Shown here: positions 10,477 to 19,871 of the stretch, piece after piece
How positions within the stretch are numbered: position 1 is the stretch's first letter
Layout of the letters: each line of letters begins with the position of its first letter
Source: Desulfobacula sp.
Lineage (GTDB): Bacteria > Desulfobacterota > Desulfobacteria > Desulfobacterales > Desulfobacteraceae
Reading direction: 5' to 3'
DNA: 64,000 nucleotides
NCBI GenBank assembly: GCA_023701135.1
Contig: JAMPXP010000018.1
Location: 42,286 to 106,285, forward strand
Program-made: the position numbers and the translations under genes
Notes under the pieces: model-generated
Seen by the model: only the letters and a program-made list of their open reading frames with translations
What the model was told of the DNA's origin: nothing
The model's database searches: none

Positions 10477-11148
10477 TTATGAAAGAAGGCCGAACCGAAG
10501 CAGCTTAAACTCATCCTGAATTTCCCGGGAGATCTTTTTGCCCGTTCTGACCATGAACAGATTCTCAGGTTTCAAGCAAATATTGGGTTCATTGGTTTGA
10601 AATTCAAGGAAACCGGCCGGCCTATACAAAGAAAGAAGCATATCCCTGTAGGACAGGACCGTGAACCCGGGATAGGCAAGGTCCCAGGTCCAGGAATAGG
10701 CGGTCAGGTAGATAATTTTTTCTTCTACAAAATCCTCTGAAAAGAGACAGGCCAGAAGTTGCCGGGCAATGCCGTGATTCCGGAATTCCCTCAATACCTC
10801 AACCGCTTTCAATTCCATGGCAATTTTAGGGTCCGAGAGGATCCATCGCTCATTTTTATCGGGGAAATCAAGAACGGCAAATCCGACAATAATTTTATGT
10901 TCCAAAAGGGCGAGAGCAACCCTCCCGCCCTTTTCGATAATACCTTGAAGGCTTTTTTTGGTGCAGTGTGTCAGCCTGTAAGCAGCCGAATGACAGGTTT
11001 CAAAGGGGAAGGAAAGACCCTTAAACACCCCCGGATTCCTAGCCGATTGAATATAGACAGCGCCCTTTTGCGTTTCAATGGAAGCCTGGCTCATCTTTTT
11101 ATGAGGGTGTTCACTATTTTTCGGATCCGAATTTCTGTTCAAAGGCAC
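10477..11148 (-). CDS. acuA: AcuA-like GNAT protein acetyltransferase
   Basis: ERW...ELKAVEV..EFRNHGIA and YSWTWDL...YR...TNEPNI..KPENLFMVRTGK..S.E...F..LRF are collinear with Bacillus AcuA as I recall it. An alternative start is ATG 11094. Confidence 0.75.
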   Translation of the reverse strand: MPLNRNSDPKNSEHPHKKMSQASIETQKGAVYIQSARNPGVFKGLSFPFETCHSAAYRLTHCTKKSLQGIIEKGGRVALALLEHKIIVGFAVLDFPDKNERWILSDPKIAMELKAVEVLREFRNHGIARQLLACLFSEDFVEEKIIYLTAYSWTWDLAYPGFTVLSYRDMLLSLYRPAGFLEFQTNEPNICLKPENLFMVRTGKKISREIQDEFKLLRFGLLS

Positions 11149-11848
11149 ATGCCACTATGGTTGCTGCCTGAAAAATTCCCTTAATATGATCCATATTGAT
11201 AACCATGTCAAACTCATCCGGGCTGGTTTCTTTTTTCTGGTAAACCGCCTTGAAAAATTCGTGCTGTTCTGCATCGCAGATTTCCAGTTGGCGTTCAGCC
11301 TCGGATTTGCCGATATTCATCATCCGGGCCAGCCGGTCCACCCGATAGTCTTTGCTGCAGATAAACCGGACCGACAATACTGAATTTCTCGGCAGAATAA
11401 GATGGGTTCCCCTTCCCACAAAAATGGTAGGCTCGCTGGCGGCGAGAGCAGTCACTGTTTTGGCAAGCTGCCTTGCATAATCGCTTTTAATAAACGTTTT
11501 TTCACTGATCAGCATTGAAAAAAGTTCACTGGCTCGGCCGGGATAGCGCTCATCATAGAATTCAATCATTTTCTGGGACAGTTTGGCGTCCTTGGCCATG
11601 TGCTCCAGAATTTCCCTGTCAATAACCCTATAGTGGATCATTCCGGCGAGAAGGTCTGCGATTTCCAGTGCGCCCACACCGATCTGCCGGGAAAAGCAGA
11701 CGCTGGGCAAAATGCCGGGCTTTTTGTCCGCCTGTTTTTTATCGGCCTCGTCCTGTGTGTATTTTTTAATATACCGGTCTGCCCATTCAGCGGCCGACTG
11801 TCTCTTTTTCCCGTAAAACCCTGGTTTATATCCTGTTTTCTGATTCAT
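11114..11848 (-). CDS. Cytidylate-kinase-like family protein
   Basis: CFSRQIGVGALEIA, IFVGRG, FDMVIN motifs of the CMP-kinase-like family. Confidence 0.8.
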   Translation of the reverse strand: MNQKTGYKPGFYGKKRQSAAEWADRYIKKYTQDEADKKQADKKPGILPSVCFSRQIGVGALEIADLLAGMIHYRVIDREILEHMAKDAKLSQKMIEFYDERYPGRASELFSMLISEKTFIKSDYARQLAKTVTALAASEPTIFVGRGTHLILPRNSVLSVRFICSKDYRVDRLARMMNIGKSEAERQLEICDAEQHEFFKAVYQKKETSPDEFDMVINMDHIKGIFQAATIVACAFEQKFGSEK

Positions 11849-11943
11849 TTGTCATCTCCTTTGTAAATTTGTTTCTCCAAAATGGTTAATATATTGACAA
11901 CTCTTCGAGTCTTTTTTTTAATTTTTTCAATGCACCGGATGGG

Positions 11944-12387
11944 TTAACCCGGACCCTGCTTTTTTTTATACCAGTCCTCATTGCCGTAGAGCTTATTCAT
12001 GCATTCGTGACAAAGGCCATGGGTAAATGAAGCATTGGATCTGCGCTCTATATAAGTCTCAATATTTTGCCAGCCCTTTTCCCCATCCCTGATTTTTTTG
12101 CAGGAAGAACAGATGGGAAGCAATCCTTCCAGAATCTGAATCTTTGATAAAAGCCCCAGCGTCCGTCTGATGCAGATAAAACCGACCATGAGAATCATGA
12201 TGCTTTCAAAAATACTTTCAACCATGTTTACGGGAGTTGCCATGCTTTTGAACAAATAATGGGGCAGGTCATAAATTTCATCCAGCCAGAGGAAAAGAAA
12301 GATGACTCCAAATCCCGCTGTTTCGTAAAAAATAACTGTTTTCAGATGATACGGGTTGATTTTTATTTGCCTCATATCTTCATCCAT
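11944..12387 (-). CDS. Membrane protein with C-terminal CxxC...CxxC domain
   Basis: Two TM segments, then LEGLLPICSSCKKIRD...FTHGLCHECM. Confidence 0.75.
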   Translation of the reverse strand: MDEDMRQIKINPYHLKTVIFYETAGFGVIFLFLWLDEIYDLPHYLFKSMATPVNMVESIFESIMILMVGFICIRRTLGLLSKIQILEGLLPICSSCKKIRDGEKGWQNIETYIERRSNASFTHGLCHECMNKLYGNEDWYKKKQGPG

Positions 12388-12428
12388 AATTTTTCTCCTT
12401 ATGGGCCGGCTGACTTACCCTGATTATC

Positions 12429-12444
12429 AGCAATTGGCGTGCCA
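12429..12444 (-). promoter_or_regulatory. sigma54 promoter
   Basis: Minus-strand TGGCAC-GCCAA-TTGCT, 42 nt upstream of the 12387 start. Confidence 0.85.
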
Positions 12445-12629
12445 AAGGCTTAAAATCAATCAAAACCCTTATGAGAAAGATGTTTTCCCCTGATAAAAAC
12501 GATGGAAAAAACCGTTATCCATGGGGGGGTTCCCATAACTCTTTTCAAACCGTAAAAAAAACAGACACCTCAATCCCATTTGAGGATAAAGACAAGTGTC
12601 TTTCCGGCACATATTGATCCCTATTCTGA

Positions 12630-12645
12630 TGGCATATTAATTGCT
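12630..12645 (+). promoter_or_regulatory. sigma54 promoter
   Basis: TGGCAT-ATTAA-TTGCT upstream of the REC-CBS gene, divergent from the 12429 promoter. Confidence 0.8.
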
Positions 12646-12710
12646 GTTTCATATTCTTAGCAATAAAAGGAAGAATCCTTAAATATGGAATCTATTTCAT
12701 GGAGGCAGCT

Positions 12711-13565
12711 ATGCAACATCAAATAAAAGTTTTATTGGTGGATGATGAGGACCGTTTCTGTGAAACGACATCAAAACTTTTGACCAAAAAGGGGTTTGAT
12801 ACCGCCATTGCCAATAATGCTGAAAAGGCCATCCATCTTTTAAAAGGCAATAAGCGAGATGTTATTGTTCTGGATATCCAGATGACCGGAATGGACGGAC
12901 ATACAGCCCTCCACGAGATCAAAAAAACCGACCCCGATATCCAGGTCATCATCCTTACCGGTCATGGAAGCAGGTATTCAGCCATGCGGGCCCTTGTCAG
13001 GGAAGCATTTGACTATCTCGCCAAACCCTGCGATGTGGACATCCTTGCATCCAGAATCCATGACGCCTATCTCGCCAAGCACCGGGGATTTAAATTTGAT
13101 GACAAAAAAGCATTGAACCTCATGATTCCGATCCATGAGCTTAAATCCATCCCTGCCGACATGGGGCTCAAGGAGGCCATGGCCATGGGTGAAGGATTCC
13201 TGGCCGTTATGGACGAAAGAAAAATGCTGGCCGGGATACTGACCCGTATGGATATCATCCGGTCGGTCCGGCCGGAATATATTTCCGGTGGAGGAACGTT
13301 TAATGAACAAAGCTCACGGTTTTCATCCATGTTCTGGTCCGGGTTCTTTTCAGACCGGGTAAAAGCCGTTTCCCAGAAAAAAGTCTGGGAAATTCTCTCC
13401 GACCCTCAACCTACCATCAGTGAAAACGCCAATCTTCTGGAAGTCGCCCATATGATATCCGGAACAACGGGAGGCGTTCTGCTGGTAAAAGATATTTCAA
13501 AGGTAATCGGGATTATCCGGGATGAGGATATTTATTCTGAAATAGAATCCCTCATGAAAAAATAA
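12711..13565 (+). CDS. Response regulator: receiver domain + CBS pair
   Basis: LLVDDE, VLDIQM, LTGHG, LAKP, then CBS-like AGILTRMDII and GIIRDEDI. Start at ATG 12711 behind GGAGG. Confidence 0.85.
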   Translation: MQHQIKVLLVDDEDRFCETTSKLLTKKGFDTAIANNAEKAIHLLKGNKRDVIVLDIQMTGMDGHTALHEIKKTDPDIQVIILTGHGSRYSAMRALVREAFDYLAKPCDVDILASRIHDAYLAKHRGFKFDDKKALNLMIPIHELKSIPADMGLKEAMAMGEGFLAVMDERKMLAGILTRMDIIRSVRPEYISGGGTFNEQSSRFSSMFWSGFFSDRVKAVSQKKVWEILSDPQPTISENANLLEVAHMISGTTGGVLLVKDISKVIGIIRDEDIYSEIESLMKK

Positions 13566-13580
13566 CAGCCGGCCAGTGTG

Positions 13581-14117
13581 TTAGGGCCTGAAAAAGGCGG
13601 GAAACAAAGAAAAGGCTAAAAAGACATAAACCGCCATGCTGATGAACGGTATCAAGATGGCCGGTTTCCATGATAATTTTCCTGCATTTCTGAATCCGGT
13701 ATAGATCAGCCACCATTTCCAGAGTTCCGTGACCCAGAAGAAAAAAGACATCCAGGAGAGCAGCAGCATCATCCCCGACGAAAAGGCATGGATGCTGAAT
13801 ATGGTTTCAAAGCCGGTTTTTCGTCCAACGGTTACGGTCATGATGCCGTAGCTGACACAGGCGGAAAAAAAGGTCATGCCCAGACTGCCGAGAAAAAATA
13901 GGGCTCCTGTCTCCACAGGATGGGCATGATTGGTGATAAGAAGGCTTGCCCCTGTATAAAAAACGGCGCACAGGATACAGAATCCCAAAGATTTCAATAT
14001 GGATGAATTGTCCGGCAATTCCGTAAAAAACCGTTTGGGTTCAATCAGAATCTGGATTAAGGCATATCCATAGAACTGAAAGGATTTCAATACTTTTCCA
14101 GGCAGCAAAAAGGCCAC
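13581..14117 (-). CDS. YIP1-family membrane protein
   Basis: LIEPKRFFTEL followed by several TM helices. Probable GTG start at 14117 with a GAGGGG RBS; the ORF track extends it into the upstream gene. Confidence 0.7.
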   Translation of the reverse strand: MAFLLPGKVLKSFQFYGYALIQILIEPKRFFTELPDNSSILKSLGFCILCAVFYTGASLLITNHAHPVETGALFFLGSLGMTFFSACVSYGIMTVTVGRKTGFETIFSIHAFSSGMMLLLSWMSFFFWVTELWKWWLIYTGFRNAGKLSWKPAILIPFISMAVYVFLAFSLFPAFFRP

Positions 14118-14127
14118 GGGAACCCCC

Positions 14128-14541
14128 TCATAAATTTTTAATTTGAGCCACCCTGATTTTCTCTTCGACCCGCTGACGTTTCTCAAAGGCGTCCAGGGCT
14201 TTTTCCAGGATCTGGTCGATATCGGCAGGTTTCATAAGATAGTCAAAGGCGCCGTTTTTAAGACCGTCTATGGCTGAATCCACTGTGGCATGGCCAGTCA
14301 ATAGAATGATCTCAACCAGGGGATACAACATCTTAGCGGCTTTCAAGGTTTCATTGCCGTCCATGCCCGGCATCTTCATATCCAGAATCACCACATGGAC
14401 ATCCTGGTTTTTAAGTTTTTGAAGGGCCTCTTCTCCACTCCGGGCCGTAAAAACCTCATATCCTTTTTTTTCAATCAATTTTGCAGTGGTCTGGAGGTAT
14501 CGTTCTTCGTCATCCACCAGCATTAATTTCATCTTTTCCAT
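14128..14541 (-). CDS. Single-domain response regulator receiver
   Basis: MLVDDE, ILDMKMPGMDG, LTGHA, YLMKP. Confidence 0.92.
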   Translation of the reverse strand: MEKMKLMLVDDEERYLQTTAKLIEKKGYEVFTARSGEEALQKLKNQDVHVVILDMKMPGMDGNETLKAAKMLYPLVEIILLTGHATVDSAIDGLKNGAFDYLMKPADIDQILEKALDAFEKRQRVEEKIRVAQIKNL

Positions 14542-14569
14542 GGATATTCTCCTGTCTTATGTATGGTGT

Positions 14570-16282
14570 TTATGGTGTTGCTGCCGGCAGAATAATAATA
14601 AAAGCCGTTCCTGTCCTGTCTTCACTTTGCACTTCCATTGTTCCGCCAAAGCTTTCTATGATTCCGTAACAGACGGATAATCCGAGACCGGTTCCCTTGC
14701 CCACAGGCTTGGTGGTAAAAAACGGGGAAAAGATCTTGGAAAGATTTTCCCGGCTGATGCCTGTGCCGTTGTCTGTGATCTTGATGGTAAGGAATTTTTC
14801 ATCTTTTATTCCGGTCTCGATTTTCAACATTCCTCCCTTTGATCCATGGCGTTCAATGATGGCGTCCATGGCATTATTAAATAGGTTCAGCATCACCTGC
14901 TGAAACTGGGAAGGGTCTCCCATGAATTTGGGCGAATGTTCGGAAAAATACTGGATGATTTCAATCCCGTTCACCTCTGCCTTTTTCTCAATCATGTGAA
15001 CAATTTCCGGGATGATACGGCAGGGGTTGAGTTCCTGCTGGCGGACCTCATTTTTTCTACCGAATCTTAAAATGGCATGGGTAATATCCGAGCAACGGTT
15101 CACCTGGAGTTTGATCTGGGATAGGGAATCCTCAATCTCATTGATATCCTGCTTTTCTCCGGTATCTATTTTACCGGACAAATCTTCCAGAATGCTTTCA
15201 ATCAGTGCATGTTCGCTTTTTATAATCTGGAGGGGGTTATTGATCTCATGGGCAAATCCGGCAGCCATTTCACCGATCTCCGCCAATTGGGCCGCCCGGA
15301 TCAGTTGGTTTCCCAGATTTTTCTTTTCCCGGCCCAGCTTTTCAATCTGCTTCAGAATGCGGTCGGTGATAAAAGTGGCCACCACAATGATCACGGCAAG
15401 ACCGATAATCATGATGACCAAATTAATATAAGCAGCCGTATATAAGAACCGGTAGGCGTCTTTTTTTTCCTGCCTGACCACCAGCATCCATTCCTTATCT
15501 TTGAGCCAGGTGGTGGCATAGAGATATTTGATGCCTGAAGAATCGGTTTTAATAAAGGTGTGTATCAATTCTTCGGATTTGGAGAGGTCTGCAAATTCAG
15601 GGTCTTTCTCCATGACCTGGATATTTGAAGATCGTCTCTCAGATTGAGAGATCCCGTCCTTATTCAAAATATAGGCTTCTCCAGTCTTCCCGATTCTCAC
15701 CTGGGAAATCATTCTGTCAAAATATAAGGTATCAATGGTGGCTCTCAGGACCCAGGTATGTTCACCGCGGCCGTGTCTTATGGCAACAACGAAATGGGGA
15801 ATCCGCCTGTACCCGAGAAAAACATCGCTGATATAGGATCCGTTCTGCATGACCTGTTTGAACCAGAATTCATCTGCATAGGTCTTCCCCTGAAGTTCGT
15901 ATTTGCCCGAATACCGGACATGGATCCCTTGCGGATCAAAGAGTCCCAGGTCTATAAAGGCGCCGGATTGTTTTTTCAAATTTTCAAAAATCGTATCAAT
16001 GGCCTGTTGCTCGTTGATCTCATCATATGGGAAGGCATTGGTGACAAATTCCAGGTCGGCTTTCCGCTCGAGAAGAAAGGATTCGATCATGTTCCTGTGG
16101 TCGGATACGATCCGTTTCATGCTTGCTTCAGTATTATTCTCAAGGGAGGTTGTAAAATAATAAAAACTGACGCCTATGGCCATCATAAAGGGGATCAAGG
16201 GAACGATGATCATATTGACCAGAATGAATCGCCTGAGTTTATCCGCTTTTTGAGCCTCTTGAAGGGTTGTATCATCCGTCAT
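14570..16282 (-). CDS. Sensor histidine kinase (extracytoplasmic Cache-like domain, HisKA, HATPase)
   Basis: Two TMs; [37 protein letters not shown]. Start at 16282 chosen because a sigma54 site lies at 16335-16350. Confidence 0.9.
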   Translation of the reverse strand: MTDDTTLQEAQKADKLRRFILVNMIIVPLIPFMMAIGVSFYYFTTSLENNTEASMKRIVSDHRNMIESFLLERKADLEFVTNAFPYDEINEQQAIDTIFENLKKQSGAFIDLGLFDPQGIHVRYSGKYELQGKTYADEFWFKQVMQNGSYISDVFLGYRRIPHFVVAIRHGRGEHTWVLRATIDTLYFDRMISQVRIGKTGEAYILNKDGISQSERRSSNIQVMEKDPEFADLSKSEELIHTFIKTDSSGIKYLYATTWLKDKEWMLVVRQEKKDAYRFLYTAAYINLVIMIIGLAVIIVVATFITDRILKQIEKLGREKKNLGNQLIRAAQLAEIGEMAAGFAHEINNPLQIIKSEHALIESILEDLSGKIDTGEKQDINEIEDSLSQIKLQVNRCSDITHAILRFGRKNEVRQQELNPCRIIPEIVHMIEKKAEVNGIEIIQYFSEHSPKFMGDPSQFQQVMLNLFNNAMDAIIERHGSKGGMLKIETGIKDEKFLTIKITDNGTGISRENLSKIFSPFFTTKPVGKGTGLGLSVCYGIIESFGGTMEVQSEDRTGTAFIIILPAATP

Positions 16283-16334
16283 ATGTTTAGCCTTTACAAA
16301 ATATAAAAATTTTTCATCGGGTTTACATTCTAAC

Positions 16335-16350
16335 AGCAACTATGGTGCCT
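16335..16350 (-). promoter_or_regulatory. Probable sigma54 promoter for the kinase-receiver-YIP1 genes
   Basis: Minus-strand AGGCAC-CATAG-TTGCT; GG and GC are correctly spaced; one mismatch at the first base. Confidence 0.65.
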
Positions 16351-16527
16351 GTCATTTTTAAGCCATGGGAATATTTTATAACCATCCGAAATCATATTTA
16401 AATTTAGAAAATATGCCTCATTTAAAAAAAGAATGCTCAAAAAATTCCTGTCAGTTATTTTTTCAGTTTGTAAATTTAAAAAAATTTTATAGGCGGTGGG
16501 TCTCAGATACCCCAGCCGGGCAAGGGG

Positions 16528-16905
16528 TCATTGTCCCAGTCGTTTTTCGTAGGCCTGTCTTATCTTATCGAGGAGTTCGTTCATGGGGACAGGCTTTATG
16601 ACATAATCAAAGGCTCCAAGCTGCATGCCCTTGATACCGGCCTCAACGGACTGATCACCGGTCAGCATGATGACTTCAACCCCGGGGGTATTGGCTTTGA
16701 TCCATCTTAAAATTTCAATTCCGCCCAAGCCCGGCATTTTGACATCCAGGACCACCACGTCAATATCCTTATGTTTCAGAATCTCCAAGGCCTTGGGGCC
16801 GTCTTGGATCCCTTCGGCATTCATTTTGCCGGCAATGAGCCGTTTGACCACCAATTCGCAAAAATCCGCTTCGTCATCAACGACCAGAACCTTCAGCTTA
16901 TTCAT
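16528..16905 (-). CDS. Single-domain response regulator receiver
   Basis: LVVDDE, VLDVKMPGLGG, MLTG, VIKP. Confidence 0.92.
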   Translation of the reverse strand: MNKLKVLVVDDEADFCELVVKRLIAGKMNAEGIQDGPKALEILKHKDIDVVVLDVKMPGLGGIEILRWIKANTPGVEVIMLTGDQSVEAGIKGMQLGAFDYVIKPVPMNELLDKIRQAYEKRLGQ

Positions 16906-16922
16906 ATTCCTTCCTTTATCCG

Positions 16923-17759
16923 TTAGGATGATATATTCATGGAAGACGGGCTCATCCTTGCCACCATGAAGCCGGGTCTGATATTCAACAGATCCACCTT
17001 CGCACTGGAGGTCTCTTTTCCTATGGTCTCCACAACCAATTCTTTTAACAAATCACCCGATGCATTAAAAAGTCCTATCTTTTCACCGTCCTCAAGCCCG
17101 TGGCATTGCCCCAAGCCGAAAAAAATCTCCAGGCCACCGGCATTCTTACTGACACGGTAGATTTCGGCAAACCCTTGTTCCGCCAGATCCGCTTCAATTT
17201 TTCCGGATATGACAAAAATCCAAACCCCGGTTAAAACGGCCGCCAGAAAAAATCCAATGGCAGAAAACCAGGGGGATACTCCGGTATACCGGTTGATCAA
17301 AGACAGGCTCCCCTGTCTTTGGGCCTTGGCATCCGCATATACATTGACGGTATAGGATAAAAGCGCATCCAGTTTCTGGCGGTCCCCGGGTTTGATCTCC
17401 GGAAGATCAGGCGGAACCAGTCTAAGATGATATCGTCCCGGACTTAAAGCAGAACCGGCCTTGAGTTCCGCTCTCCACATTTCAACACCCAGAAAATAGC
17501 CGGAAAAAATATCTTCGTCAAAATTCAGACTGAGTTCCGGTGAGTCCGATACCACACCGATATCACGGGCCTTTTTAACATTGCCGTAAACATTCCCCGT
17601 AATCTTGAAAGACCGTCCCGTAATGATATCCAGATCATTGTCCGGCTTTCTGTGGGCTGCGGTCAATCCATCCAAAACACTGATCATCGCCATAATGGAA
17701 ACAAAAAGACAAAGTCGCCCCAGAATCATCCTCTTGTGCATCCGTCTGTTTTTATCCAT
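16923..17759 (-). CDS. Hypothetical membrane/exported protein of the TauE cluster
   Basis: N-terminal hydrophobic segment, a second TM, and a C-terminal beta-rich region (EIFFGLGQCHGLEDG). Confidence 0.65.
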   Translation of the reverse strand: MDKNRRMHKRMILGRLCLFVSIMAMISVLDGLTAAHRKPDNDLDIITGRSFKITGNVYGNVKKARDIGVVSDSPELSLNFDEDIFSGYFLGVEMWRAELKAGSALSPGRYHLRLVPPDLPEIKPGDRQKLDALLSYTVNVYADAKAQRQGSLSLINRYTGVSPWFSAIGFFLAAVLTGVWIFVISGKIEADLAEQGFAEIYRVSKNAGGLEIFFGLGQCHGLEDGEKIGLFNASGDLLKELVVETIGKETSSAKVDLLNIRPGFMVARMSPSSMNISS

Positions 17760-17840
17760 AATCTTAGGTCCTCTTATGCCGGAGATAGAGAGACAGCGGC
17801 CGAATACCATGGCCGCTGTCTCTTATCTGCCGTGTGCCTG

Positions 17841-18428
17841 TTATTTCTTAAAAATATCCGTTTTTGTGATATTCATCAACCGAAGAGATTTCCCTTCTTC
17901 CTTGTAATAGATTCTGATCTCATCACCGGCTGCCCAGGTCTCATCGGGCAGGGCAAAATATTCGATCGGCAGGGAAAAGGATACATAAATTTTCTGGCGG
18001 CTTGAATAAATTTCAATGGTTTTGGCAGTCCTGTCCACGATGGGAAATTTCTTGCCTTTGACTAGAGGATCATCCTTGCCGACTTTCTCCTTTTTCTCGA
18101 TGAGGGTATAGGGAATCTCTTTAAACTGCCGGGTGACCGTATCAAAAATAGTAATACTTCCTTTCTCGACATCCAGCTTCATTCTCTGCCCAGGTGTCGG
18201 ATCTCCGCCCATTTCGCTTTTATCTTTTGGAATTAAAAAGACCGACGGCGGAAGAATGGTATATTCCGGTTTGCCTTTTACAAGGCTTTTATCCTCGATA
18301 AATGTAACCTGGCCTTTTTCCTTATCAAAGGCGATGGTGCGTCCCTGTTTCACCTTGCCCTCGTCATTGCAGCCTATGAACATCATCAGGATAAGCATTG
18401 CGAGTATGAGTCCGATAAACTTCTTCAT
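17841..18428 (-). CDS. Lipoprotein (DUF4881-like)
   Basis: Signal peptide with lipobox (MFIG-C); GKVKQGRTIAFDK; ends RLMNITKTDIFKK. Confidence 0.75.
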   Translation of the reverse strand: MKKFIGLILAMLILMMFIGCNDEGKVKQGRTIAFDKEKGQVTFIEDKSLVKGKPEYTILPPSVFLIPKDKSEMGGDPTPGQRMKLDVEKGSITIFDTVTRQFKEIPYTLIEKKEKVGKDDPLVKGKKFPIVDRTAKTIEIYSSRQKIYVSFSLPIEYFALPDETWAAGDEIRIYYKEEGKSLRLMNITKTDIFKK

Positions 18429-18476
18429 ATGGTTCTCCTTATAGTGGCCTGATTCTCACATCAGTTTTTCAGATTA

Positions 18477-19529
18477 TTATTTATTCTTGGCCGCAGCAAT
18501 CTCTGCTCTCGCCCCCTGAACCATTTTCACCGTGATATAGAGCGACATGCAAAAAACAAGGCCCAGCACCAGGGTTGTTGAAGAATTGTTCAAAAGGGTT
18601 GCATAGGCCGGCAATTCCTTGGCCAGGAGCTTTAAGATGATGGACAAAGCGCATCCGACAACAGCCAGCCCGAATGCAATGCGGATGCCATAGCCTTTTA
18701 TATATTTGGTGGCAACGGTTCCGATCTGGGCGCCGATGGCTGCTCCGACCAGCATGATGATGGCGGCAACCAGTTCCGTACGGCCTTTCATGGTATAGGT
18801 GAAAGCACCATAAAGGCCTGAAATCATAACCTCAAACAAGTCGGTCCCCACAGCTACATGGGTCGGACATCCCAATAGATAAAGAAGGGCGGGCATGCGG
18901 ATCAGACCGCCGCCGATACCGAGGATGCCGGCCAGCCAGCCCGTAAAAAAACTGATGGCAATGGGAAGCCAGGCTGTGCAGGTAATCCCTGCCGCCTTAA
19001 AATGAATCATGGGGGCGAGCTTGATTTTATGAAGGGTTTTATGCCATTCAATCCCGGTGGATAAGGCATCAACCTCATGACCCTTGGCACGGGCTTCCCT
19101 GTCTTTTTTCCGTTTTTTAGACACATCGGAAAAAACCATCCAGGCAATGAGCCCGAGAAGAACCAGATAAAGCAAACGGACAATGATCTCAACATTGCCG
19201 AGCCTCTCCAGCCACATAATCATCTGGGCGCCCACTTCAAAACCGACAACGGTTCCCACCAGCATGATGAATCCAAGCTTGTAATCCACATTCCCGAATT
19301 TGCCGTGACGCATGGTGGAAATCAGAGATTTTCCCGCCATATGCGCGATGTCGGTGCCGATGGCAAAGGCCATGGGAAACCCTAGAATATTGAGGCCGGG
19401 GGTCACCATCCAGGCCCCGCCCATGCCGAAAAATCCGCCGATAATTCCCACACCCACGCCGAGAATAATCAGGCCCGGCCAGAAAATTGTAACCCCGGAA
19501 ATAGGCATCAGTACATATAACCAATCCAT
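18477..19529 (-). CDS. TauE/SafE sulfite-exporter family protein, copy 2
   Basis: GGFFGMGGAWMVTP, AIGTD, GILGIGGGLIRMP, AVGTDLF. Start at ATG 19529 behind GGAGG. Confidence 0.9.
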   Translation of the reverse strand: MDWLYVLMPISGVTIFWPGLIILGVGVGIIGGFFGMGGAWMVTPGLNILGFPMAFAIGTDIAHMAGKSLISTMRHGKFGNVDYKLGFIMLVGTVVGFEVGAQMIMWLERLGNVEIIVRLLYLVLLGLIAWMVFSDVSKKRKKDREARAKGHEVDALSTGIEWHKTLHKIKLAPMIHFKAAGITCTAWLPIAISFFTGWLAGILGIGGGLIRMPALLYLLGCPTHVAVGTDLFEVMISGLYGAFTYTMKGRTELVAAIIMLVGAAIGAQIGTVATKYIKGYGIRIAFGLAVVGCALSIILKLLAKELPAYATLLNNSSTTLVLGLVFCMSLYITVKMVQGARAEIAAAKNK

Positions 19530-19571
19530 AAATAGTTCCTCCATCAATTTAATAGTATCAAAAAATCCATA

Positions 19572-19871
19572 TCAATGTTCCGACAATTCTCTGTGCTCCA
19601 GATCGATCCCGATGGTCTTCATGACGATATCGGCTATGGTTCCGAAGAGCAAACCGATCACCGGTATCAATACAATGGTGAGCAGGGAAAAATACAGATG
19701 GCTCTCATTGTAAAGTGTTCCCCAGGCATGCAGAATGCCTGTCAGGCCCCGGGTATCCGCCACAATGACCACCAGGTCCGCTTTTTCGCCGGCAGCCATT
19801 ACCGCCTGGGGCAGAAGCGTACAGATCATGAGAACAAAAACACTTATTTTCGTCCAGATTCCTTTCATCAT
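19572..19871 (-). CDS. Small membrane protein (DVU0150-family-like)
   Basis: Signal-like N-terminus, VIVADTRGL..LYNE, TM, GIDLEHRELSEH. GGAGG RBS before ATG 19871. Confidence 0.7.
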   Translation of the reverse strand: MMKGIWTKISVFVLMICTLLPQAVMAAGEKADLVVIVADTRGLTGILHAWGTLYNESHLYFSLLTIVLIPVIGLLFGTIADIVMKTIGIDLEHRELSEH

